A DNA stretch of 55,480 bases, counting the filler, from Platydemus manokwari (taxonomy: Eukaryota), in the NCBI GenBank assembly GCA_037951405.1. It is 5 parts of 5 records of this genome, joined end to end, with 100 filler letters (N's around TTAATTAATTAA, not from the genome) between each part and the next. Parts side by side here need not be neighbours in the genome. Positions count along the whole stretch, not along the records: positions 11,151 to 21,667 come from JBBMOY011127330.1; positions 21,768 to 36,574 come from JBBMOY011389203.1; 3 more parts are not named here. One strand, 5' to 3'. The notes beneath the pieces are model-generated. The model saw nothing but the letters and a program-made list of their open reading frames with translations. It was not told where the DNA came from and searched no databases. How positions within the stretch are numbered: position 1 is the stretch's first letter; each line of letters opens with the position of its first letter. Both the position numbers and the translations under genes were made by a program. Positions 13,560 to 27,066 of the stretch are shown one piece after another.

Positions 13560-13920
13560 ATCATGTGGGGTTGATGCCATTCATTTAATTACAGCATTGG
13601 ATTACGAGCTCTTTGAAAATACATTATTTTGAAAGAATATCTGTGAGAGATTTATTTTATAAAGTAGACAGACTTTTGTAAAAAAATTTCTATTGTTTTG
13701 TTCTTAATAATGATTATCGATGGGTTATCAATAAAACTTCCTAAGCAAACATTAATAGTTAGTTTTAAGAGCCAAATTTAAGATATTCTTCATTATTTAA
13801 CAAAAGGGTTAATTGGATTTAAAAAGAAACTTGTAAAATATCTCGCCACAAGTGAGAAATACCTCTTGAAGCCGATTTCATCAGGACCTTTAGTTTCGTC
13901 CAACGACATATGGAATCCTT
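13560..13920 (-). mobile_element. Possible highly decayed hAT-like transposase fragment
   Basis: Minus strand GFHMSLDETKGPDEIGFKRYFSLVARYF resembles the hAT first-catalytic-Asp motif (F..DESTD...L..VRY). The rest is heavily degraded. Confidence 0.3.
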
Positions 13921-16900
13921 GAAATTTTATGAAATAAAAATCTAAAAAAAATAATAAAATAATTTTGTGTTATTATTATCATTCTTGCTGTGTAATTCTA
14001 ATTTATGACTCGACAATTGTTTTTATTTGGGTTAATTAGCGATAACAACTTAACTAGCTACTGATATTGATTACTGATACTAGCAGTGAATCGATAAGCA
14101 TTCGAGTCCTAAATTGGTAATGGAGATGTTCTAGTTGCTTGTATAACTTATCGTTGTACTTTAAATTTAATTCTCACAACTCAGCTATGCAATAGATTAT
14201 AAAAATATTTTATATTTTTCGAAGTCTTCTCATTTGATTATCTTGTTGTTTTTTAATTTATAATGGAATTGTTTTGTTCTGATTGGCTGATATATATATG
14301 TGTGTGTATGATTATCTGTGTATGTCTATATTCGTATTTAAATAGGAGTATTTAAGTTTTTTCGGAGTAATAATTTTTTGCTTCATATTGTCCGAACTCC
14401 ACATTTCAAAAAATAGGAGATCTGATAAAACAAAATAAAACTTACCATTTTCAAGAAATGAGCCCGAAAAAATTGAATGATCGAGTAGTTCACGGTTTTG
14501 CTGAAATCAGAATGACAGAAAGAGTTTTATGATCTGTCGACTAAAGTTCAATCTTGGAAACAAATTGATTGGTTATCAAAAAAATAAAATATGTATAAGA
14601 TTATTAAGATGCGAAGTATTCGCTATTTTCCTTATTTTTTCCTAAACCATTTACTGTAGGTATTGAGAATAATAGTTTAAATATAATTATACACTTTCTA
14701 TAACATAATAATGAAACATGTATTGACGATATTGATTGAATAAATTATACATTGATTATATTTCAACAAATTATTTTAATTCAAAAAGTAGGTTTGTACC
14801 AAAAATTGAAATAAACGCTTATGCAAAGCAGTAGTCTTAGTCATTACATGAAAACTGAATTCAACGATGTTAAAGGTGACTACTGTCTAAAAGGTAATAT
14901 TATATTTTATTCTATAAAAAAGGTAATGAGATTTAAGTGTTTTGCTTAACGGTAATTTGGTAAAAATACAGTATTTTTGGCTAGTTGTATTTGAAGATGT
15001 TTTCGCTACCAGGAGTTTCCGATGGTTATTTGCAAATTGTGTAAGGGTTGAGTCTTCTCCCTATAAGTTTCAATCAGGCCTTGATCCTTATGTGGATTTG
15101 ACAACGCGTATATTGTATTTGTAACATTTTTTATCAGAAAAGAAATTTCTCAGTGCTGGAAGTATAATAACATAAGTTGTGATGTCAAAATACAATTACG
15201 ACAAAGCCCCACATCTAAGTGGTGGATGAAATTGAAAATTTAATTGAAATTACTACACCTTTGGATCCACCGATTTATGAGTTATTAAATAATCGTATGG
15301 ATGTACGATGAATTACCGACATGCATTATAGATTTAAGAAATCAGCCTATGGATTACTCGATGTTATTTTCAAATTCTTTAATCAGTAAATCATCTTAAT
15401 TATCATTTCATTTACAATGACTATTTTTTAACCAATACAGCTGTTTAAAAATTGATTTCTGTTGATGTCACCAAATTTTATATCAATGTTTCTTTAGTAT
15501 TGCTAAAATATTTAAAATTTTCAATTTTTGATAGCCTGTTAACAAATGTGAATTTAAATTTAATTGGCTGAATTGATGGGGACTGTCTAATCACAAAATC
15601 TAATTATTATTTACAAGAAGCAGCTCAATATTCATTGACAGTTCTACTTTGACTAAGTTATGCCTGTATCCAAACTGTTTGTATGATTGCTGGTATTTGG
15701 CTCTTATTTAATTTTCATTCGTTTTCCATCTATTTTTATTGGTCTGTTTAATTATATCAAATTGATTTCACCATTTCAATGGAATGGATGAAGTAATATA
15801 TAACTACATATAAATATAACAGCTTTTTAAAAATCAAATAAATAAAAGGTCAACTTTATTCATACAACAAGAATCTAATTGAACAATGAAAATCATTTAA
15901 TAATAGACATATTCGAGAAATATTTATATTTATTTCTTGATCATTGATAATGGCTTAATAGAAATGATTTCCAAAAGATTAATTTAATACTAATTTTTCA
16001 ACGAGGTTGCCAATTTTTTATTCAAATATATTTCTTCAGCATAATCTCATATTTCGCAAATGTTCCCATTGGTTATCTTAATGTTCATAATAAAAACGTC
16101 ACTTAGATATATATGGTAAATTTTTATGTTATTTTGGAAATGAATTTAATTAATGAAAGCACAATTATTTAAAAATAAAGGCTTGTTTAAAATTAATTTA
16201 ATTTGTTATATGTTTTATAAACAAGTAAGAACACAACATGATGTCATAAATTTATTCGGCTTAAGTTAAGAAAAAAGGTCCTTTGACCTACTTTCGTTAT
16301 AATGAGTTTTCGCGCATGGGATGATTTCATAATTTAATTTTATGTGCGACTCCTATATTTGATTTATTTGAAAAATTCAGTTAATATCACATTTTTTAAG
16401 ATGTCTAATTGTGACAAAACAGTTTTTAAACCAAATTCTCATTCTGATCACAACACTTCTATATGATTATTTGAGGTTTTAAATTTAAATTTTTATAATT
16501 ATAAATCAAGTAAGTTAATTACAGATATGTTTGATAATATCATTGGTTATTTTTATAAAATAATTGTAAAAATAGAGAATATCTCTCAATGTGCTTCTAA
16601 TGTTAAAAAGGGATCCTCGCTAATTTTCAATAAATTGCAATTCGACCTACGTTTTTCATTTTTTCAAATAATCAACTTTTAGGAGATATTTAAGTTTTAG
16701 TGTATTTAATATTTGATTTCAAGCAACTAAAATTCTTCTAAAGTACTTAAATAAAAAATTCATTTTTTTAAAGAATATAATTAAATAAACTATATAGAAT
16801 TTTGCAATGCACTCAACAAATTTAAAATTTCATTTTATGACCTTCTTTTTAAACTTAAGTCATTTATTCAATCAAAATACCTGTTCTGATTATTCTAACA

Positions 16901-19507
16901 AATATCCAAGATAGTATCGAACTATACATAACGATGAAACTCAGAAACGATATTGATCTGCTTCGAATTAACAATGAATGCTTGCTGATAATGTAAAAAC
17001 TTAAATTTGTTAATAATCGATAATGGATGAATAAATTCCACCAATTATCTGAACTTAGTAGATTATATATATATTTGCAATAAATACTTATATGATATAT
17101 ATTTAAATATTAAGAATTAAACGTTATGTGACTTGATTATATGTGTGGATCAGTCTTATCATGAAAGAGATTGAAAAGCCAGTGCTTGGAACTGATAAGA
17201 CAAAACTCTTGTAAAAACGATGTTAGGGAAGAAGAATATTTTAGAAAAATGTCAAATATTCGATTTGATTTTTGTCCCAAAGTCAGAATGATTTCGTTTG
17301 TGGCATTGTCTCGTTGAAAATTACGAGGATAGATTAACAACTCATTGTGCACTATAACTATTGTGATTTTAAATTGCTTTGAATATTTTTTTGAGCAAAT
17401 TACTAAATTTGATGCAATATTAATATTTGCTGATTATATACTTATTTGTTTTTCATATCAATTTATTTCATCAATATATGGATGTGTGTGTTACTATGAC
17501 TGTTTATTTTGTGGTCATAAGAAAGTGAAAGCCTGTCATAGAAACTCGAAATGATCTATAAAAATAATATAATTATATTTTGTCACTTCTATTTAATATT
17601 CATATTATTTTTTTAATCTAACATTGCTCATTAGAGTATTCATTGTCCATCGTTTAAGAAAATTCATTATTTTGTGTGTCGAATATTTTGGTTTTATATT
17701 TTTTCATTATAAAAATTACGTTTTACTCTAATGTTTATTTTTCATTGGCTAATGGAATATTTATTTTATTATTATATTTATTTTCCATTCAAAAGAATTA
17801 TTAATCGAAATTAAAATCAAATAATGGAGAATATTAATTGTGAAAAATGATAATAACCGATTGATTTCAGAAGAAAAATAAGTTGTATCACATGTTCAAG
17901 TAACTTAAGGAAAGCTTCAGATAATATAATGTATAAAATTAATAATTATTCATAAAAATGTTTAAAGATAACGGATTTATTCATTGGATACTTCAGTAAT
18001 CATATTTTATGTGACTGGATCAATATATATTTCTCATTAAACATCGTGGGTTTCAATGAGCCAACCAATACTGTTTTTTTAAAAAATCCAGCCTTATTAA
18101 TAGAATTGATAATACCTTATTTGGGATACTGCATTTAACCTTTGAAAATCAAAACCAATTGATGAATATCACCAAAAAATTAATTGGAACATCCAAAATC
18201 TTTAAAATTTTAAATTAAGATTAAAAAAAATTATTTGTCATAGATACTATTTTGAAATACTATTATTATTTAAGATTATCCATTATACATACCAGGTAGC
18301 TTATCAACAAGATAAACTAGGTTTCATAATAAAAATCTCCTTAAGTAATAAATCACTGCAATGTTTGCTATTGATGGTACATATTTTCTTACTCTTTGCC
18401 AAGGAAATCTGTCGTGAAATTCTTCTGATGTTTCCATGGTTTTGGTTGTTGCTTTAATTCATGTTCATTGTCACACACCTTTCAGAAAGTTTCCGTTTAT
18501 TATGTTTCTGTGACAAAACTCTGTGATTCCAATTGACTCGGCTTTCATGGAATGCAACTGCAATCGTTCAACAGAGACACATATCATTCCAGCAGCTCAG
18601 TATAGATTTCTATCTTTAATATTGCATACTTCGCTAATGTTCTTAAATAATATCCCAGAAATTCTGTCCATTTTCATTTTGATATCGCTAAGCATTGGAA
18701 ATCCGCTCTCTATTTTGAGCGTGCTATTTCCATTGATAAATTATTAACGAAAGATAATTTCTTTAGAGTAAATTATTTCTATAAAATTAATTTTCATTCT
18801 CTTTGATGCTTTCCTCAATTTACAGGAATATTCAATTACATCCATGTTGATAATATTTTGAAAACTAAAGTTATTTCTCATATCTAAATACCCATCTACC
18901 AGTAGATTATCGTGAGGTTACTTTCTCCAAAAATGTCTGTCAGGATATGAATTACACTGGCAAATTTTTTATCCTTTAACGCATATATTGAAAACAATAA
19001 ATAAATTTTTCATCAAGCTAAACACGAAAACAGTTCTAAATGGACAACATATGGAGCTGTCACTCAAATATATAAAATCGATTTAATATCTCTCAGCCAT
19101 TTTATTCCATTAAAACTGGGTTTACATATGGAATGCAGGCACCTGTTGTTATTGGATATCAGTTGCGTTACAGAAAATCAATCACATAAGATATCGCGAA
19201 TATTTGGTAAAAATCCTAGAGTTGCAATTCGAAGGAAACAATTAATAAAATCACCATTAATTTTCAAAATATTTCGAATTCCCCAATTAATAATATCGTT
19301 AAAATTCGTAATTGCACTTCTATTGTGGCCGACTGCGAATACATAATTTTACTAAAGTCATGACCTTAAGGATAACTTTATTTTTTAAAAAAATGAGAGA
19401 TTTCAAAAGAAGATATGTCAGTAATTATTTCCTCTAATGTTAATAATATATTAAATGAGACTTAATTCGTAATAACCAAGTAATTGCTGATTCAAAAAAT
19501 CGGAGGT

Positions 19508-20003
19508 TGTAAGCTTTATTTCTAACTCACATACTAATCAGTACGACTCATAAAGTAACACATAAACAGAATAAAAATTTGGTTTTCAATTGATACCCGT
19601 ACTACTCAGTACAACTCAAATATTCAATACGATGTCTCAAGAAACACAACCAAAAGCTGGCTTCCGAATAGCAGTTAGCCATCTTTACATCGGTATTCAT
19701 ATTCTAGAAATGTGCCTAATTTTAGGGTCACATTTTGCATCACATTTTAATTTGATCTTTACTTTTTCATGTTTCTATTGAGCCTTTTAGTTTTCATATG
19801 TGCGGAATTGATCAATCCTTATTGGTTTGTTGTTGTGTGGCTGTCCCTTTTCCAAATTATAGTTTTTCATCTTACTTAAGTATGATTGCTTGATTGCCAT
19901 GTATTTATTGTTGGGTGGGTATGCAAATGCTTAAAAAGTGCTAAAACAAGAGTTTCAATGTGCAAATTCGTTTTTATTTTGCAAAATTTCGTTTCAGTCA
20001 ACA
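19508..20003 (-). repeat. Dispersed LTR-like repeat, family B copy 2
   Basis: Minus strand TGTTGACTGAAACGAAAT...AATAAAGCTTACA gives TG...CA termini with a poly(A) signal near the end. No TSD found. Confidence 0.65.
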
Positions 20004-21667
20004 CTATAAATAAGGAAAGTAGTATCAGTCAACCCATAATGACCTAGAAATATTTTAAAGGAAAACCAAATATAGAAGCATTGAAATAATTATAATTAAT
20101 TATTTTAGTATAGCATTTATCTAATTTACGTTTATTAAACTTAATATTTAATTATATCTACAATATAAGCCAGTATCATTAAGCATGACATGAGATAATT
20201 AATTTTGTTTATTATAAATAAAATAACAATAACAGCAATATTTAAAATTCAAAAATCGATGAACGAATCATTATTAGTAATCGGAAAATATTGGAAAAAA
20301 AGGCCATATAAGCATGTGCTTAAGCCCAAGTACTGAGAAATAAATGGCAATTTGGTTGAAAACCATAAATGAGAATTATGGAATGATGGATACTAATAAA
20401 CATGCATTAATGATAGATAATATGGAAACAAATTTTGAAGAGTTTTTATCATTATTTTTAATTATTGATAAGTTTATTAAAGATATTTAGAATTTTGTCT
20501 AAATGTTTACAGGATAAATGATCCAAATCATTTCAGTGTAAAGCAATAATAAAATTTTAAAATTAATATTTTGTGGATTCATTAAAAAAAACTAATCTAA
20601 TATTCAAATTTATTGTTCAAAACGTTTTGGAATTTTATCAATCATTAGAAAAATTAGAAATTTTTAAGAGGCTTATTAAAGTACTTAAAATAAATAGATT
20701 TTGCAGAATGCTTCATTTAGGCTAATATATTGATGAATTGCTTAAATTTTATAATGATAATCTTTTATGGGAATTTTATGGGGATTTTTATGAGCAGTGC
20801 CAGTGAAATCATGCTTGAGATATAAATATTACTTATTTAAATAAATAATTACTAGTTTATATGCTACATTGAGACCAATCTTTTCGATCTACATATAATG
20901 CATTACTTATTCTATAAACGATTTTTAAAGGAATAGCTGTAGAAAATACATAATTTTTAAAATTAGAATTCGATCCTGAAAACTTGTTTTTTATAACAGT
21001 TAATTTAATCAAAATTCTTTCGCAGACTAGGATCACTTGGATTTATTAAGTAAAATTTTAAACATTTATTTGAATGTTGGGTTATCAAACAACAATTTAG
21101 AACTAAAAATCTGTATTAACTAAAATAATACACTCAAAGTCTCAATAATAACAACAACAACAAATCCTTACACAATTTACAAAGAAAATCATTCAAGATG
21201 GGATCAGCGCCCGAAATTCAGAAACAGAATGAAGAGTAATCAAAAAGACTGATTACTGAAAGCACACATGAGCTAAGCACTGAAGTTACTGACCGAAAAA
21301 GTCTGGCAAGAATCCATGGAATTCAAACTCTTTTACAGACCCATCCTATGTGTCTGCTTGATGTCACGGATCTTCGTTTTCAATTCGCTGAAATTGTTTG
21401 TGGATCGATTTACTTGAGATTTTCCTTATACGTATCTCTCGTGCCATTGGTGGATATTTGAGCTTGCTTCCATTTTAGCTATGTATTAAAATTACAATGA
21501 ATCTGATTGGTTAACAGCATCTGTGTGTGTCGGGTCTGTGTGTATTGACTCTTTTTAGGGTTTTTCTTGGTTCTTGTGACCCTTTGGTTGATATATTGGG
21601 TCTATAACTTAATAACCGGAATTTGACACCAGATGTAAACACTTGTGTGTGTGCTGTAGCAAATCAT

Positions 21668-21767
21668 NNNNNNNNNNNNNNNNNNNNNNNNNNNNNNNNN
21701 NNNNNNNNNNNTTAATTAATTAANNNNNNNNNNNNNNNNNNNNNNNNNNNNNNNNNNNNNNNNNNNN
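21668..21767. other. Artificial contig spacer
   Basis: N44-TTAATTAATTAA-N44. Confidence 0.98.
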
Positions 21768-22087
21768 CTGCCCCAAAGGGAGGGAGAGGGGCCCCCTACC
21801 TGCTATTTTAATGGGAGCTTTTTTAAAGCCAATCCTCCATCTCTCCCCCTTTTACCGGCGGCCACGCAAAGGGGTATAGGTTTTTATTAAAGGGTACAGC
21901 CGCGAGAAAAAGGGGAGAGATGGAGACCCACCTTGACAGGGATAATTACAACTTAGTGGGAGCCCTTCAAAAGATTTCAGAAAAATCTGCCCCAAAAATC
22001 TACTTAATTAAGAATTAAATATAACTTAAAATATTCAATTTTTTCAAATTAAAAGTTAACTATAAAAATATTAATATTTCTACTATA
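21768..22087. promoter_or_regulatory. Mitochondrial major non-coding/control region, left part
   Basis: Non-coding sequence next to trnY. It has a GC-rich repeat unit with a long hairpin (21835-21925) followed by an AT-rich tract. Confidence 0.8.
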
Positions 22088-22147
22088 CTTCTCAAGGATA
22101 TACCAACTAAGGGTTTACAACCCTCCGCTTTACTTAAGCTATTAAAA
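22088..22147 (-). tRNA. trnY: mt tRNA-Tyr (GTA)
   Basis: Anticodon arm GAGGG-TTGTAAA-CCCTT. Confidence 0.85.
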
Positions 22148-22204
22148 TAACACACACAAGGTTTTAGGGTTCCACATACCCTTAGATTATATATCTTATA
22201 TGTT
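22148..22204 (-). tRNA. trnH: mt tRNA-His (GTG)
   Basis: Anticodon arm AGGGT-ATGTGGA-ACCCT; acceptor AACATAT/GTGTGTT. Confidence 0.85.
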
Positions 22205-22263
22205 ATTAATCCATTTGGTCTTTTTACGTGGAAAGTAATTGTACTATTTTATACTAATTAAAA
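22203..22263 (-). tRNA. trnG: mt tRNA-Gly (TCC)
   Basis: Anticodon arm TTAC-TTTCCAC-GTAA. Confidence 0.85.
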
Positions 22264-22934
22264 TATATATTAAGGTACACATCTGTGGGTACAACTTCTA
22301 CAACAATAGGTATAAAAGCATGATTTGCCCCACAAATTTCGGAACATTGCCCATAAAATACCCCCAACTGTTTAGGGTTAATAGCAGCTCTATTTAAACG
22401 CCCAGGCACAGAGTCCATCTTTACCCCTATTGAAGGAAGAGCTCAAGAGTGAATAACATCAGAAGACGTTCTCAAAACAAGTGAATCAACATCATAAGGT
22501 AAGACCGCCCGCTTGTCTACTTCAAGTAAACGAAACTCCCCTGGGTTTAATCTACCCTCAGGAGTTATATAACTATCAAACGGAATATTACTAAGAGCAG
22601 GTGACTCATAACTTCAGTATCATTGCTTCCCAATTACTTTAAGAATATTATGACCAGTGAGGGGATGTTCGTCAAGTAAATATAAAAGCCGTAAACTAGG
22701 CAACGCCAAAATAACAAGAAGAAAAGCCGGAAGAACTGTTCATATAATTTCTAATGTTTGCGCTTCATGAACCCTTCGAGTCGAAAATTTAGAAAAAAGT
22801 AAAAGAAAACCTATCAAGCTAACTAATGTAAAAATACCCAAAATAATTATTAATGCGTGATCATGAAATAAAATTATCTCCGCTTGAATTAATCTTGAAG
22901 GATCCATCAAGTTAAATTGCCCTCATGTTCTCAT
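22254..22934 (-). CDS. cox2: Cytochrome c oxidase subunit II (code 5)
   Basis: [12 protein letters not shown]...FHDHA...[15 protein letters not shown]. The TAG lies inside trnG, so the real stop is probably incomplete. Confidence 0.97.
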
Positions 22935-22993
22935 TTACTTCGATATATATCTTTGCCCCTTCAAGGCAAGGCTTTAACTTAAGCTACAAAGTA
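22935..22993 (-). tRNA. trnF: mt tRNA-Phe (GAA)
   Basis: Anticodon arm TTGCC-TTGAAGG-GGCAA. Confidence 0.88.
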
Positions 22994-23053
22994 ATTAGCA
23001 ACATAAATGATCTTGAATTTTGCAAATTCACATTTTACTTAAACTATAGCTAA
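22994..23053 (-). tRNA. trnC: mt tRNA-Cys (GCA)
   Basis: Anticodon arm TGAAT-TTGCAAA-ATTCA. Confidence 0.88.
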
Positions 23054-23111
23054 TTACCGCACGACGCAACATCACCTTGACAAGGTAGCATTTTTATTAA
23101 ACTAGATAAAA
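23052..23111 (-). tRNA. trnD: mt tRNA-Asp (GTC)
   Basis: Anticodon arm TACC-TTGTCAA-GGTG. Confidence 0.85.
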
Positions 23112-24223
23112 TATTTTACCAATGAACCCCAAAGAACATTTCTAAGTACCACTATTACAGGAAGAAGAAAATAAAACACAGTTAATGTAGGAGCAAGGCT
23201 CACAAACGGTTCTTCAACAGGACATGCACCTAATCATGTAAGAAGCACAAAAGTAACTACATACTGCCAGAAAAACAACTGCCCTAATGGAGAAAATGCA
23301 CTTGGTATACTTTTAAATTTAAGGGCCAAAGGAAATAAGTATAAATACAATACAGCACCAGCAAGAGCAAGTACTCCACCAAGTTTTGAAGGAATAGAAC
23401 GTAAAATTGCGTAAGCGAACAAAAAATATCACTCAGGTTGAATATGAATAGGTGTGACTATTGGGTTTGCTTCTATAAAGTTTTCAGGATCAGTGAACAA
23501 ATTGGGGAAGAAAAATACAACCGTAAATAATATAAGACTTAAAAGAACTACACCAACAATATCCTTAATAGTAAAATATGGGTGAAAGGGAATTTTTGAA
23601 ATATGATTTACAGAACCAAGGGGATTTGTGGAACCTTTTTCATGAAGAAAAACTAAATGAAGAACAGCAAGCCCCCTTAGAACAAAGGGGAGAAGAAAAT
23701 GAAATGAATAAAAACGATTTAAAGTTGGTTGACCTACAGAAAATCCACCTCAAACCCAATTTACTAAATCCCCTCCTAAATAAGGAATTGCACTTAAAAG
23801 ATTAGTAATAACTGTTGCCCCTCAAAATGATATTTGACCTCAAGGTAAAACATATCCTAAAAATGCTGTAGCTATACTAATTAAATAAATTGTTACCCCA
23901 ACTATTCATGTTCGTGGCTGTACTAAATATCTTTGATAGTAAATTCCTCGTCCAATATGTCCATATATCAAAAGGAAAAAAAATGACGCCCCATTCGCAT
24001 GTAAAACTCGCAAGAACCACCCTCCAGGCACGTCCCGCATAATATGAACAATTGAATTAAAGGTATTAAATATATCTGCAGTATAATGTAATGATAAAAG
24101 AAAACCAGTTACAAGTTGTAATGCTAATATAAACCCTAACAAAGACCCTATGTTTCATCAAGCAGAAATATTTACGGGACTTGCTAAACCTAATAACCCC
24201 TCAAGTTCACGAAATTTTTTCAA
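23102..24223 (-). CDS. cob: Cytochrome b
   Basis: TTG start (inferred). SPVNISAWWNMGSLLG...HANGASFFF...[17 protein letters not shown]. Continuous in code 5. Confidence 0.97.
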
Positions 24224-24512
24224 ATATAATTGACCTAACCTTATCAGAACCAGCCAAACGACGAATTGATATTAAAAGTCTTAACCCAATAGCTGCCCCT
24301 GCAGCAGAAAAGCAAAGGAAGATTGTAAAATACGTATATGAAACACTCAAAGAGGAAAAATAAGGCATGAAACTCAAAATAACAAAAAATATCATTACTT
24401 CAAGACTAATTAAATTTGATAATAAATATATTTGCCGCCGAAATAAAAACCTTACAAGAAACAATAGTAAAACCAATAAACATCTTCTTATTAAGTATTG
24501 GTTTAGAATCAT
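24224..24512 (-). CDS. nad4L: NADH dehydrogenase subunit 4L
   Basis: Hydrophobic 96 aa with LISLE and AGAAIGLSLL. Incomplete T stop abuts cob. Confidence 0.9.
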
Positions 24513-25402
24513 TGTACTATTTGAGATAAAGCTAAAAACCCTATTCTAATGGGAAGAAGAGATGTTCAACATAAACTTATTAATTTATCATAACGTTGCC
24601 GAGGGTAAATCCCTCGAATAAACAGAAAAAAAATAGAAATTAATCAACCATAAAATGCAAGCCTTAAAGGTGTTGAAGGCCCAAAATAGCAAATCCCTCT
24701 AATAACACTTAAAAATAAAATCGCTGTATACTCTCCAAGAAATAAAAATGCAAAAGGACCCCCCCCATACTCAATATTAAAGCCAGACACTAATTCCGAT
24801 TCTCCTTCTGCAAAATCAAAAGGTGCCCGATTAGTTTCCGCAAGACAGACAACTAATCAACAAAACCCTGAAAAAAATATTAAATAAATAATTGGGGGGC
24901 CTCTAAGAAATTGTACTAACTCGCTCCTAGGCCGTAATATGCATGGAAAAAGGATTAAAAAAACTAAACAAATTTCATATCTAATTGACTGAGCTCTAGC
25001 GCGTATTCTCCCTAAAAAAGCATAAACAGAATTTGATGCTCACCCCGCCCCTATCAAAATATAGACATTTAATGCCCTAATAGAAATGAAAATAAGAACA
25101 CCCAACGTAACATTTCTTAATGAATTATGACTTGGAAGAAGCCCTCAACTAAATAAACCTAATCCAAGTCCACAAAGGGGTAATACCAAAAACGGAATAA
25201 CATTCCCACGGTAAGGCCTAATTAACTCTTTCAAAAATAATTTTAAAGCATCCGCAAATGGTTGAAGAATCCCTAAATAACCAACTTTATTAGGTCCTTT
25301 CCGTCTCTGAAGATAAGAAAGAACTTTACGCTCTACAAGAGTTATAAAAGCAACACCAATTAAAACACATAAGAATGTAAAAATAGCTTTTACAAGAGTC
25401 AT
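24503..25402 (-). CDS. nad1: NADH dehydrogenase subunit 1
   Basis: [23 protein letters not shown]...QPFADALKL...[24 protein letters not shown]. Confidence 0.97.
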
Positions 25403-27066
25403 AAAATAAACACGATAAAAAGAAGAATAAAATACTGCTGTATGTAACCAAACCTAATCTTTTGTCAATTTAATAACCCAAATTGGTTCACATTCGAGCC
25501 ATTTCAATTATAAAGATAAGAATAAGGTTCGAATCAATACCCCTCTAACTCTTTAGCTCCCTTGTTAAAAGTATAACTCAACCTAGGTAGACCTTGTCAA
25601 AACGGAACTATATAAAATATATTATAAACAAATAAAGATCCTTTACCTTTTTTAGAAGCCCCCAAAAAAACCCCAAATACTATGAGAATATATAATAAAA
25701 TATCTAGTTTAGGTCTATAAAAATTAAAATCAATTAAAGCTTGATTTATGACTTTTAAAAAACTTCCTAAAAAAACCCTCCCTAAGTATAATAGTATTAT
25801 TGGTACCCAATATGGAAAATTCCTCTGAAAAGCCATTGCTTTCAAGGGGGCTCCCCTTCTCCTTTGTCAATTCAATAATATCAATAACCGTACTATATAA
25901 GCACTCGAAAATACTAAAGAGATTATTAAAATAATAAAAGGAAAAATATTTACTTTACTTGTGAATAAACACCCTAAAATTGCATGTTTTGAATAATAAG
26001 CGCTTAAAAAAGGAAAGCCTATAAGACATAAACTACTAATATTAAGGAAAATTAAGCCTAAAGGCTGACGTTGCAAGGTTCCCCCTAAAAGACGAAGATC
26101 TTGGACCCCGAAACTTTGCATTAAAATATAACCTCCCGCGAGGAATAATAAAGCTTTAAAAAGAGCATGTATATAAAGATGAAATAAAGCAAGTCTTGTT
26201 GCTCCTAAACCTAATCTGAAAACCATTAATCCTAACTGTCTTAAAGTTGAATAAGCAATAACTTTCTTGAGGTCATTCTCAAAAAAAGCACAAACCCCTC
26301 CAACAAAAGAAGTTACGCAACCAAGTAAAAGCAACACCCCCAACACACTACTATTAAATTTACATCTCTCCCTAAAACGAATTAGCAAATAAATACCCGC
26401 TGTAACCAAAGTTGATGAGTGAACCAACGCACTTACAGGAGTTGGGGCAGCTATAGCAGCAGGTAACCAAGGAGAAAACGGATACTGAGCCCTTTTAGTA
26501 ATTGCAGCTACCATAATTACAGCAAAAAATATTGGTGGTAAAGATGTATTTAAAATTAAAAAAAATCTCCCCATAGCCAAAAAATAAATAACCGACCCTA
26601 TAATTAATACATCCCCAAGACGATTAATTAACAATGTTAAAAACCCAGCCCCAAGGCTACTCCCTCTTTGATAGTAAATAATAAGTAAAAAGGATGTAAT
26701 ACCTAACCCATCTCAACCTAGCATTAACACTAAAACCGACCCAGAGAAGATTAGTAAGTTTATAGAAATTACAAATAACAAAAGTAGTCAACTAAAACGC
26801 CAAAAATAAGGATCATCTTTTATATACCAACGGCTAAACATAAACACACAACCAGATACACCAAGAACAAGAGCCCTAAAAGATACTCTTAAATTATCAA
26901 AGATAAACCTTGCAGAAAATTCGACTGTGGAAATTTGACACAAATTATATCTTAGTATAAACCTTATAAAACCCCCTCTTAAAAATATTTGAGCCACTGA
27001 TGCCATAAAAACCCTTGAAACCAATAGTAGAACAGATATCCGTTGCTTATGTATTTGTTGCGTCAT
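25390..27066 (-). CDS. nad5: NADH dehydrogenase subunit 5
   Basis: [40 protein letters not shown] and [15 protein letters not shown] motifs. Open to TAA in code 5. Confidence 0.96.

Noticed and set aside
18400-19330. Possible integrase remnant on the minus strand (NGQNF...VER)
   Set aside because: Motifs are too decayed to support by eye.
21075-21610. Additional solo LTR candidates (also ~43224-43378 and ending at 51861)
   Set aside because: One TG or CA-like end each, but no matching TSD or second copy in the window.
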